A DNA stretch of 64,000 bases from an uncultured virus (IMG/VR IMGVR_UViG_3300011215_000001) (lineage: Duplodnaviria > Heunggongvirae > Uroviricota > Caudoviricetes), in the IMG/VR virus record IMGVR_UViG_3300011215_000001; one strand, written 5' to 3'. Made by a program: the position numbers and the translations under genes. The first letter of the stretch is position 1. Each line of letters opens with the position of its first letter. Shown piece by piece: positions 17,676-26,863 of this stretch. The notes beneath the pieces are model-generated. The model searched no databases and was not told the origin of the DNA. It saw nothing but the letters and a program-made list of their open reading frames with translations.

Positions 17676-18902
17676 TTAGAGAAAGAATATCCTAGATTCT
17701 TCCATATAATCATTGAATTCATCTGGATTTAAAATAAATCTAGCCACTTCTGGATATGAACCTTTATTCAATAAACCATAGCAGATACAGCGTTCAATCT
17801 CTTGCTCCAAACTATATAGTCCAGTATTTGTAGAGAACAGATTGCCATAAATATCTTCATACATATAGCAATCATGCAAGTCATCAATAACCATACCCTC
17901 AATGAATAATCCACCAATATGGTTGTACACTGCATTGATAAAGCCTTTGTATGCATATGCACAGTGTTCATCTTCTGTCATATATTTAAATCTAGGATTT
18001 GCTTTCAAGTTTTCAATTACATTAATTCCAATTTTAATAACATCACTATTAGTTAATTCAAAGTTGACTCTTTTAGAAGCTTGTCTAATTTTTCTCCAGA
18101 TTGAAGTAAGCATATCTCCAAAATAAGAGAATCTTTCATTGATTTCTTTTGGAACATACTTAATAATCTTTTTATTTCTTGTATCAACGATACTATCATT
18201 GTCAATACTGTTGTTGAAAGCATCTATTTTGTCTTGTAACAACTTGTACATACTATCAGCTACATCATTTTCTTTAATAGAATTATCACCTTGAGAATTA
18301 ATAGATTCTGATTCATTTGTATCTGAATGAGCCTTACTGACATTATTATGTTTATTCATATCTTTAATAATTGGTAGAGAAGAAGGTAAAGAATAGGTAG
18401 GGGAGTTTAAATCTCCTGTATCCTTACTCTCCGTAGGGTTCGTAAGAATTTCAGCTTTCTCACTAGCTTTCTTTTCAGCTTTCTTATTTAGCTTTAAAAA
18501 GTCCGATATTCTCTTAAAATTTGAATGAACTGTAAAGAAATGGATAGGACTACCAAGCCCATTTTGCTTGCGAGAGTGTCGATTTACTTTTTGTAGTATT
18601 CCAATGTCTCTGAGCTTCTTTAAAGCTGTTTGAATAGTTGATTCACCAATCTTATTCTTTCTAGCTATATTCTCTGGTTTAGCGTAGAAAAAGCCTTTCT
18701 CTGCTGATAAGAAGCAAATGTAGTCTATAGCATTTCTTGTAGCTTCCTTAAGATTGTACCAACTGTCCCCAAACCTTTTTATAATTTCATCTAACATTAG
18801 AAACTTGATTTCCTTTTTAGTCTTTTTATCAATGGTAATAGTGCCAAATTCAGATACTAAAAAGTTAAATTCTTCTGTAGAAATTTTTCTATTCTTTGTC
18901 AT
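17676..18902 (-). CDS. putative replication initiator (N-terminal winged HTH)
   Basis: 408 aa; GFFYAKPENIARKNKIGESTIQTALKKLRDIGILQKVNR wHTH then low-complexity linker; next to partition operon. Confidence 0.6.
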   Translation of the reverse strand: MTKNRKISTEEFNFLVSEFGTITIDKKTKKEIKFLMLDEIIKRFGDSWYNLKEATRNAIDYICFLSAEKGFFYAKPENIARKNKIGESTIQTALKKLRDIGILQKVNRHSRKQNGLGSPIHFFTVHSNFKRISDFLKLNKKAEKKASEKAEILTNPTESKDTGDLNSPTYSLPSSLPIIKDMNKHNNVSKAHSDTNESESINSQGDNSIKENDVADSMYKLLQDKIDAFNNSIDNDSIVDTRNKKIIKYVPKEINERFSYFGDMLTSIWRKIRQASKRVNFELTNSDVIKIGINVIENLKANPRFKYMTEDEHCAYAYKGFINAVYNHIGGLFIEGMVIDDLHDCYMYEDIYGNLFSTNTGLYSLEQEIERCICYGLLNKGSYPEVARFILNPDEFNDYMEESRIFFL

Positions 18903-18934
18903 TATGTGCGAATTTTCAAGTAAAAGGGGTATAA

Positions 18935-19105
18935 AATACTTTTAAACCTTTTAAATTGTTTAAAATATTCATTAAACAGTTAAAACGTTTAAAATATATC
19001 ATAGGTTTATAAATGTTTTAAATAGTTTTATATCATTTTAAACACTTTTATATTATTTTAAAAGATTTTTAAACCTTTTAAACACTTTTATATGTTTTAA
19101 ACGAA
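18935..19105. repeat. 10-bp phased AT-rich repeat array A (parC/iteron-like)
   Basis: AAATGTTTTA AATAGTTTTA TATCATTTTA AACACTTTTA TATTATTTTA AAAGATTTTT AAACCTTTTA AACACTTTTA. Confidence 0.7.
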
Positions 19106-19179
19106 AAAACTAGAAAACATTTTGCTTTTTTCGAGAAAAAAGCGTTGCATTTCAAAATAGTACGCCTTATAATAATAAA

Positions 19180-19496
19180 TGAACAGGATATATATATTTG
19201 AGCACATCTAAGAAACCCCATTCTTTGAGATTGCCAAACTTGAAGAATCATTTCCTTAGAAGATTCTTAGATTGGCTCATCCTTGGGTTATGTCTAAATA
19301 AGCCTAACAGTTTAATAGATATTTAAATCCATTCTGTTTGACTAAAATTGTTTTGAATAGTGTTTAATTAGATACTCTAACAAAGCTGTTGTTCATCATG
19401 GAAGGTGTTAACACAGCGTCACACGTAGCGTTTTAACTTGTTTTGAAACGCACCATTCCCCTTTGTATTTGCGGTACAAAGGGGTGTTTTCCTTTT
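19180..19496 (+). ncRNA. candidate ~310 nt RNA divergent from rep
   Basis: TTGCAT-N17-TATAAT (19145-19173), internal stem 19199-19279, terminator CCCCTTTGTA..TACAAAGGGG then TGTTTT (19458-19490); no ORF. Confidence 0.55.
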
Positions 19497-19940
19497 ACAG
19501 AAATTCTAACTCCCTTCTGTTTTAGATTTTTGTATTTATAGTATTATCTTCATCTTAAGCAATCTCCAGTTAAATCCCCATATGACATAAACTTCTCCTG
19601 CCACTGGTTACAAGCCAAATGTGCTTATCTCAAATCAAACAAACACATAATCTCCATTGAGACACCTTAAAGGGCATACTTAAATAAACCTTTTAAACTA
19701 AGGTTTTTTCGAATTGTATAAACAATTGTAACCGTATCACACAAGTAAAGTAATAGCATTAGAACATCCTAAGAGCCTTTGAGGTAAGGGATAATAGAGA
19801 TGAACCCTAGATATCCTACCGAATAGAATTATACTTTAAAGGTGATTTATTGACGGTTACTACATTTGACTCTAATAATACTTCTCTAGATGGAAGGCGA
19901 GAAGTTAATTTCCTATATTAGAAGTCTAATACTATTACAA
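19455..19940 (-). ncRNA. candidate structured RNA or long rep leader
   Basis: TTTACA-N17-TAATCT with TG (19974-19946); stems 19869-19926 and 19727-19740/19842-19864. Confidence 0.4.
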
Positions 19941-20014
19941 TAAATAGATTACCACATGTAAAATACGTTGTAAATACTAAATAAAAGTAATTTTTTTCGC
20001 AAATATTTTTAATT

Positions 20015-20195
20015 TTTATAAAAGATTTTTAAACCTTTTAAACCTTTATATTATTTTCTAGGTGTTAAACGTATAAAAGAATTGAATACCTTAAAAGATT
20101 TTTAACGTTTTAAACCTTTTTTTAATATAAACCTTTATAGCTTTTGTATATATGTAATGTATTAAAGATATAAAGGTTTATATTAAAGTGTATAT
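20015..20195. repeat. AT-rich repeat array B downstream of parR-like gene
   Basis: AAAGATTTTTAAACCTTTTAAAC identical to 19061-19083; several AAACCTTT/AAAGGTTT units. Confidence 0.6.
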
Positions 20196-20254
20196 AAAAA
20201 AGGGAGTAGAAATTTATCTACTCCGTAAAGTCTACTTTAATCTAATTAAAAAGT

Positions 20255-20830
20255 TTAAGAATCTACTCCATTTGGATTTGCTTTAAGTAATGCAGACATG
20301 TTTTTTCTGCGAGTAGGGGGAGGGGTAGTTTTTTGTTGTCTATTGCTTACTACAGGTTTTCTTTCTTGCTTCCCATCATCTTCTTTATCACTTTTTTCCT
20401 CTTTAAAGACCTCATGAGGGGTGCTGTCAACATGTGGTGCTACATAAGTAGGATTTGTCTGTTTTTTTTCTTCTTCTTGTTCTAACAATGATTGTTGAGC
20501 ACTAGCAGATGGACTCCAAGAATTTGTACGAACATTACTTGGAGTGTTATAAATACTTTGGTGTTGGAAGTGTTGAGCTTGAGCCTCTTGAACAGAAAAA
20601 TGTTTTTGTAATAAAAATTTTATTAAACCACTGAAAGAACTGTGTTCAAGTAGGGCATTTCGTAACAAGCCCATTTGTAGGCTATCATCTTTATTGAATG
20701 AAACAGCTTGAGTAATGTATTGACCCTTTGTAGTAGAATATAAGTCTTCTAGGTATTCATCTATATTGTCTGAGCTAAGTGGAATGTTTCTCCACTTAGC
20801 TTTTCTCCAGTCTGTATTCCTTTTTGACAT
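20255..20830 (-). CDS. ParR-like partition adaptor (RHH-like plus disordered tail)
   Basis: TAATG overlap with parM-like gene; ITQAVSFNKDD...SFSGLIKFLLQKHF followed by low-complexity tail. Confidence 0.65.
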   Translation of the reverse strand: MSKRNTDWRKAKWRNIPLSSDNIDEYLEDLYSTTKGQYITQAVSFNKDDSLQMGLLRNALLEHSSFSGLIKFLLQKHFSVQEAQAQHFQHQSIYNTPSNVRTNSWSPSASAQQSLLEQEEEKKQTNPTYVAPHVDSTPHEVFKEEKSDKEDDGKQERKPVVSNRQQKTTPPPTRRKNMSALLKANPNGVDS

Positions 20831-21810
20831 TATTCACCCTCGCTCTCATCATGACTTTCTGCATAATAGTCTAGTGCGAATTTAAGCATACTTTCTACTT
20901 GAAGAGTAACTGGTTCTTCAACAGCACTTGCATGAGGGAACACCTTTTTGATAGATTCAATTAGTTCATCAACTTTTGCCCCTCCACCTGCTATTTTGAC
21001 CACATCATCCTCTGAAAAAATAGGGAGAAGGGTATTGGCTAGTCCACTTACATAATCATCGAAGTCAATTTCTCCACCATCTACAGTTGAAAGAATTTTA
21101 GTAATATCTAAACCTTCTCTTTCAATTGTACCAGATGAGTTATTGTCTACATCAAACCAATCATCAGCTTCTGAATAAACAGAAGTAGCGTAACCAATTG
21201 TTCTAGAGCCTAAATTTATCCATCTAGTTATTCCTTCTGAAACTTCATATCCATAAGGGATGATTAATTCCTCTGAAACAACTAAAACATCTTGAATTTC
21301 AAAACTATATTCTTCACCATTAATAAATAGTGTATGGTTGCCTGTCAATTCTTCTTTAATAGCATTTATTTCAGTTTCAGTATATCTTTTGTAAGGAACG
21401 CATGTGATAACATTGTTGATATCGTAACCATATAGGGCTACTCCTAACAAAGCTGAAAGGGTGAAATAAGGTGTAGCTTTAGTGTTAGTATAAGATGTCA
21501 TCAATCTAGAATCTCTCATTAATAATCCGAAGAAATAATGTTTACCATTCCATTCAACATCATATGAGCCTTCTGGTAGAGCTCCTTGGAACTGTCTACC
21601 TTTACTGTGTCCAAGTCCTTTTTGACTTGGCATTACAAAAGGCTCTTCCATTGTTTCTGAAAATATTTTTGTATTATAACCACCATTATCAATTGCTATG
21701 ATACCTGTAGTAAGTTCCTCTGTTTTAACAATCACTTCTTCTTGCACCACTTCAAGAGCTTTATTAGCCTTAGCTACGCTTCTACCTTTTTTAACTGTTG
21801 TTTCTGCCAT
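20830..21810 (-). CDS. parM: ParM/StbA-family actin-like partition ATPase
   Basis: IAIDNGGYNTK (phosphate 1), WINLGSRT (phosphate 2), IAGGGA (adenosine); AAGGAG RBS. Confidence 0.85.
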   Translation of the reverse strand: MAETTVKKGRSVAKANKALEVVQEEVIVKTEELTTGIIAIDNGGYNTKIFSETMEEPFVMPSQKGLGHSKGRQFQGALPEGSYDVEWNGKHYFFGLLMRDSRLMTSYTNTKATPYFTLSALLGVALYGYDINNVITCVPYKRYTETEINAIKEELTGNHTLFINGEEYSFEIQDVLVVSEELIIPYGYEVSEGITRWINLGSRTIGYATSVYSEADDWFDVDNNSSGTIEREGLDITKILSTVDGGEIDFDDYVSGLANTLLPIFSEDDVVKIAGGGAKVDELIESIKKVFPHASAVEEPVTLQVESMLKFALDYYAESHDESEGE

Positions 21811-21853
21811 TTTAAATTCATCTCCTTAGAATGTATAACTTATTACAATGTAA

Positions 21854-21882
21854 ATACTACCATATATTTTTTTCCTTTGCAA
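21854..21882 (-). promoter_or_regulatory. sigmaA-type promoter of partition operon
   Basis: TTGCAA-N17-TAGTAT with extended TG. Confidence 0.6.
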
Positions 21883-21887
21883 CAATA

Positions 21888-22075
21888 TTTAAAAGGTTTT
21901 AAACATAAAAAGATATTATATGTTTTATAATTCTATAAAACCTTAAAAAGCTTATATACCGTTTAAAGATATTAAACGTTGTATAGAAATATAAAAGTAT
22001 TTTATAAAATTATAAAAGGTTTTAAATACTTTAAAAGGTTAAAAAGGTTTATAATGAAATAAAATGTTTAAAAGA
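21888..22075. repeat. AT-rich repeat array C upstream of parM (parC candidate)
   Basis: repeated TAAAAGGTTT(T) units at ~21890, 22013, 22032, 22041 plus variants, abutting the -35. Confidence 0.65.
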
Positions 22076-22175
22076 ATCAAAACGTGAAAAATACAGGTGC
22101 AAAATTTTATACTTTAGATTGATGACTAAAAATATATAAGGTAATATAACTCTATATGAAAGGTGGAAGCAAAAT

Positions 22176-22934
22176 ATGACTATTTTTGAAAAAATATCTT
22201 CTAGCAATAATATAGAGATTCAAATGCCAAACGAAATTTTTGCGGATTTTAACAAAATGCAATTTAAAAACTACAAACATAAATGTTTTGCCTATTGCTA
22301 CTATTACATATCAAATTACTTGTATAGAAATGTAGTTTATGGGTTGGGATATGCTTCTGAGCTATCTATGAAGAGACTTGCTTTGTATATGGTAAGTAGC
22401 TACAACTCAGTATCATATATAATAAGAAAAGATGGACTGTTGGATAATAGTAAATACACTGAAACTACTACTGACTTCCCAGTTTCTTACACATTGAATG
22501 ATGGAATATTAGATTTCTTTGGCATTAAGTCACTGGATAGGGGGGTTATTAAATCTAGCAATAGACTTTCTGTGAAAATACCATTAAAATCCTTTGTACG
22601 AGAGCCCCACGAAGGTCTGGATGACTACTATACTGGTACATATTATCAATTCGCAAACACACATAATGTTCCATATAAAATATTTGCAAGAACAATTAGT
22701 GATTCTGAACTAGGAATAGTTGGATTTTACATATTAAGCTACTTGAAAATGATGTGTGATAGATTCCCACAAGGATATCAAATATCAAACGAAGACTTAT
22801 CTATCAATGTTGGATGTGCTTCAAGAACAATAATTAATTACACAAAGAGGTTAGAGATGGAGGGATACATACAATCAGATAGAAAAAAAATAGGGAATAA
22901 GTTATTTGAAAAAATTTACAAATGTAGCTTCTAG
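22176..22934 (+). CDS. wHTH DNA-binding protein, Rep-like
   Basis: 252 aa, AAAGGTGG RBS; C-terminal GYQISNEDLSINVGCASRTIINYTKRLEMEGYI HTH. Confidence 0.65.
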   Translation: MTIFEKISSSNNIEIQMPNEIFADFNKMQFKNYKHKCFAYCYYYISNYLYRNVVYGLGYASELSMKRLALYMVSSYNSVSYIIRKDGLLDNSKYTETTTDFPVSYTLNDGILDFFGIKSLDRGVIKSSNRLSVKIPLKSFVREPHEGLDDYYTGTYYQFANTHNVPYKIFARTISDSELGIVGFYILSYLKMMCDRFPQGYQISNEDLSINVGCASRTIINYTKRLEMEGYIQSDRKKIGNKLFEKIYKCSF

Positions 22935-23154
22935 TCGGTTGATAGCCAGTAGACAGAGTTCGACCAGATACGGTTCTGACAGCTTTGGGGGCTTGGTATC
23001 GTACAATGTGGGTTAGTGTCGATTCATACTTTACCAAATACGAAAAATGTCTTACATGGCTTGCTAGGCATCTTAAAATTAGACAAACTAAAACCCCTTT
23101 CTTTTGCTATAAAGCAGATGGAGGGGTTTAATGCTGTAAATGTAAGCAAATTTA

Positions 23155-23272
23155 TCTAAAGTGTAAAAAAGCATACACACCTATATAAATAGATTATATT
23201 ACTAACATATATATATACATATATTTACTACTATACTACTTATAAAGGAGGTGCAACTTTTTACACTTTAGA
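23155..23272. repeat. 15-bp perfect inverted repeat around an AT-rich core (origin- or recombination-site-like)
   Basis: TCTAAAGTGTAAAAA (23155-23169) / TTTTTACACTTTAGA (23258-23272); related 21/24 copy at 22095-22118. Confidence 0.6.
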
Positions 23273-23276
23273 CATT

Positions 23277-24389
23277 TTAGTTTTTACCATTTAATTCAAG
23301 TTCTTTGTTATTGGCTTGTAAAGCTCTCAATAATTCAAATTTAGCCATATCAGAAATATTAAGTATTCCATTTAACAATTCTTCATAAGTAAATTTAGAG
23401 AATTCTTTATTAGCGTCTATATCTTTATCTAAAGTATAGGAAGCTTGATTTGAAAACTTTTTATTAACTTTAAGATAATATTCATCTGTGGTTACTATAG
23501 ATTTATGATTGCCTTGTTCTTTAGCTTTTCTTAAATCTCCAGTAAGCTCTAGTACCCTGTTTACACCAGTTTTTTTAATACTGTGGAATTTAATATTTCT
23601 TCTTTCATCAATATTAAAATGATTAACCATTTCTTGAATGTATTCTCCTACAAGGTGTCTGTGTAGTTTTCTAAACAATTTACCAGTAGGAGGTAAGTTT
23701 TCTTTTAGTTCATTGTAAAGTTCAGTAGAAATAGCTTTCTCTTGAGATTCCCCTTTGTCAATGGTTTTAATATAATCAACTATGTTATCTCCTTCTTCAC
23801 TTTTGTAGAAATGTTTTTCCCAAGATAAATCCAACAAAGATTGAAGTCGAATAGATGTAATTCTTGCTAGTTTAATAAGATAGTGCATTTCATTGCCAGA
23901 TAATTGTTGTTCTAAGGCATAATTTTCGAATGCTAATGTCTCTTCCCAACTTAAGTTTCCATAGGGAGTGCTATCTAGAATTTTCTTCTTATTAATATCT
24001 AGATTATTGAATATAAAGTTATTTACATTTACATAATCAACACGTAAGAAATCGTAGAACTTTTTTACAGACCTAATTTTTCTTTTAATAGATGCTGTTT
24101 TGTAGCCTTCCCCCATGTTTCCCTCAGTTTTTAAATAAGAATAATAGCGAGAAGCATGTAATGATGTCGTTTGCTCAATGTCTTCTAATGTTACAGTTTC
24201 TGGTTTCTTGTTGAAAATTACCTTAAAATACAATTTTAAATCACCTTCATAATTAATTGCTGTAGTAGGAGAAAGGGAGTTTAAAAAAGCATTAAAATTA
24301 TCAATAATATAGTTGTAGCCTATGTTTTCAATGTTGTTATTTTCAATATGTTGCAAGTTATTCATGACGGTTTCGCTCCTTTTGTTCAT
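23277..24389 (-). CDS. tyrosine recombinase-family protein (HxxK variant)
   Basis: SAM-like N-domain; TSIRLQSL (R), IDKG (K), FHSIKK, GNHKSIVTTDEYY (H,Y); likely start ATG 24365 after AAGGAG. Confidence 0.85.
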   Translation of the reverse strand: MNKRSETVMNNLQHIENNNIENIGYNYIIDNFNAFLNSLSPTTAINYEGDLKLYFKVIFNKKPETVTLEDIEQTTSLHASRYYSYLKTEGNMGEGYKTASIKRKIRSVKKFYDFLRVDYVNVNNFIFNNLDINKKKILDSTPYGNLSWEETLAFENYALEQQLSGNEMHYLIKLARITSIRLQSLLDLSWEKHFYKSEEGDNIVDYIKTIDKGESQEKAISTELYNELKENLPPTGKLFRKLHRHLVGEYIQEMVNHFNIDERRNIKFHSIKKTGVNRVLELTGDLRKAKEQGNHKSIVTTDEYYLKVNKKFSNQASYTLDKDIDANKEFSKFTYEELLNGILNISDMAKFELLRALQANNKELELNGKN

Positions 24390-24528
24390 ATAATTAAAAT
24401 TATAGGAATATCGATAATTTGATGTTATAACAATTTTTGCTAAGTGTCAACCATTAGTTTTCAGTAGACGAATACTAAATAAAGTACTATACTATAAGTT
24501 GATATTAAATACAGAGAGGATGGTATAT

Positions 24529-26772
24529 TTGGAAGAAACTATTGAAGTAACAGTTTCGAGAAGAGCTAAATTATATTATAGCGAAGACAGTAGTTGGGGA
24601 ATATTTAAGGTTGGCTTATTAGAGCCTCATAGTGAGGTTGAATTTAACTCAATGTATGAAGAACTTGATAGAACTATTACCTTAAAGGGCTCTATGCCGA
24701 TGTTAGATGAAGGAAAAACATATATTGCTACAGTTAGCATGAAGAAAGATGCAAAATATGGTATAGGATATGAAGTTAAATCAATTTATGAAAAATTATT
24801 GAGTACAAGAGCTGAGATTGAGATATTTCTAAAGACAATACTTAGTTCAAGGCAAGCTGAATCATTGCTACAAGCATATCCAGATTCGAATATTGTAGAG
24901 CTAATTAAAGAAGACAAGGTAGACTTAAGTAGAGTATATGGGATAGGTGAAATCACTTTACGAGCAATCAAACAAAAAATTATAGAAAATGAAAAATACC
25001 AAAAAGCAATTGTTGAAATATCGCACAAATATGACATTCCTTATAAGTCAGTAAAGTATTTGAGTGAAAAATATGGTTCACCAGATGTACTTGTTATGAG
25101 ATTGCAAGAAAATCCATATTTATTATTAGATATAGATGGGTATGGATTTAAAAAAGCTGATGAAATTGCAATGAAAATGGGGATAGCTCCAGTATCACTT
25201 GATAGGGTGAATGCATGTGTGAATCATTTGGTAGATGAAGAAGCCAATAGTGGTCATGCATGGACAAAGAAAAATTCAATAACTAATAAAGCTATAAAGC
25301 TTTTAAACATTAGACTGGATGACGTAGAGAAAGTGTTTGCATATGAGAAGAAAACGTTTCAACTAAAAGATGGCATAGTATATAAGGAGAGATACTTGAA
25401 TTATGAAGTATCTATTAAAAATAACCTTTTAAGACTATTGAATACAGAAAATACATATATTATTGAAAACATAGAACAAATACTTAATAAAGTAGAGGAA
25501 GAACAAGGATTTAATTTTACAGACGAACAACGTAATGCTATTGAACTCGCTATCAAAACGAATGTAGTTGTTATTAATGGTAAAGCAGGTACAGGTAAGA
25601 CCTCAATTATTAAAGGAATTGTAGCTGTATTAAGGTATATTGAAGGGTTAGGGTATGCTACTTGTGCATTATCTGGAAAGGCTTCTCAAAGAATACAAGA
25701 ATCAACTGGTTTAAATTCATATACAATACATAGATTGTTAGGCTCTTCTGGAAGGGAAGGGGTTAGATTTCTTCACAACGAAAACAACAGACTACCATTT
25801 GATATCGTTATACTAGATGAGGGTAGTATGGTTAATTCTGAAATATTTTCAGCTCTAGTTGAAGCAATTGAAAAAGGGTCAAAACTTATAATTGCAGGAG
25901 ATATATCACAGCTAGAAGCAATTGGAGTAGGGAATGTATTAAGTGATTTATTAGAAAGCAAACAAATACCTTCTGTAGAGCTAACAATAGTTCATAGACA
26001 AGCACAAAAAAGTGGAATATTATCAAGTGCCAACAAAGTTCGTGATGGCATTAGATTTTTTGAAGAAAATATAAGTGGTAGAGTGAAGATTGGTGAGTTA
26101 CAAGACTTATTTTTACGATGCTCTCAGGATGATACAGCTATACTCAAGAATGTATTAAAAGTATGTAGTAAATACAAGGGTAATATCCTTGAATTTCAAG
26201 TGCTATGTCCACTAAAAAAACGTGGCTTGTTATCAACTAATAACCTTAATACTCATTTGCAGAAAATCTTTAATCCACATGATGAAAGTGATTTTGATTC
26301 AAGTGAAATCATTAAAAGGAAAGAATCAGTGTTACTTGTAGGAGATAAGATAATTTCTAATGGTAACAACTACGAAAAAAATGTATTTAATGGAACTATA
26401 GGCATAATACAATATATAGACACGAAGAAAGAATTTAATGGCAAAGTTGTAGGAGAGATTGTAATAGAGTTTGAGGGGATAGGGAATGTATCTCTTACAA
26501 ATGATGAAGTTAAAGCTGTTGATTTAGCTTATGCTATATCAGTACATAAATCGCAAGGTTCACAGTGGAAGTATGTTGTCTTAGCTATTAGCTATTCTGC
26601 ATTTATGCTATTAAATAGACAACTTCTATATACAGCTATGACTAGAGCAAAAGAATATCTATTTATTGAGGCTGAAATGAAAGCTTTAATATATGCAATA
26701 GCAAATGATAAAGCAACAAAAAGAAGAACATTTATACCTAGTCTCTTTATGGACGAAAAAAGTTGTGCTTAA
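24529..26772 (+). CDS. recD2: RecD2-like SF1B helicase
   Basis: GKAGTGKT Walker A, TIHRLL, LDEGSM, GDISQL, HRQA, AYAISVHKSQGSQW, LLYTAMTRAK; N-terminal HhH motifs. Confidence 0.92.
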   Translation: MEETIEVTVSRRAKLYYSEDSSWGIFKVGLLEPHSEVEFNSMYEELDRTITLKGSMPMLDEGKTYIATVSMKKDAKYGIGYEVKSIYEKLLSTRAEIEIFLKTILSSRQAESLLQAYPDSNIVELIKEDKVDLSRVYGIGEITLRAIKQKIIENEKYQKAIVEISHKYDIPYKSVKYLSEKYGSPDVLVMRLQENPYLLLDIDGYGFKKADEIAMKMGIAPVSLDRVNACVNHLVDEEANSGHAWTKKNSITNKAIKLLNIRLDDVEKVFAYEKKTFQLKDGIVYKERYLNYEVSIKNNLLRLLNTENTYIIENIEQILNKVEEEQGFNFTDEQRNAIELAIKTNVVVINGKAGTGKTSIIKGIVAVLRYIEGLGYATCALSGKASQRIQESTGLNSYTIHRLLGSSGREGVRFLHNENNRLPFDIVILDEGSMVNSEIFSALVEAIEKGSKLIIAGDISQLEAIGVGNVLSDLLESKQIPSVELTIVHRQAQKSGILSSANKVRDGIRFFEENISGRVKIGELQDLFLRCSQDDTAILKNVLKVCSKYKGNILEFQVLCPLKKRGLLSTNNLNTHLQKIFNPHDESDFDSSEIIKRKESVLLVGDKIISNGNNYEKNVFNGTIGIIQYIDTKKEFNGKVVGEIVIEFEGIGNVSLTNDEVKAVDLAYAISVHKSQGSQWKYVVLAISYSAFMLLNRQLLYTAMTRAKEYLFIEAEMKALIYAIANDKATKRRTFIPSLFMDEKSCA

Positions 26773-26863
26773 AAAACACAACTTTTTTTAATTTAAGGGG
26801 TTTGCGAATACTTAATAAAGTATTATTATCAAATTATAAATAACAAAGAGGGTGAGCACATAA

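Noticed and set aside
22834..23037. 67 aa minus-strand ORF
   Set aside because: Overlaps the 252 aa gene antisense, no RBS
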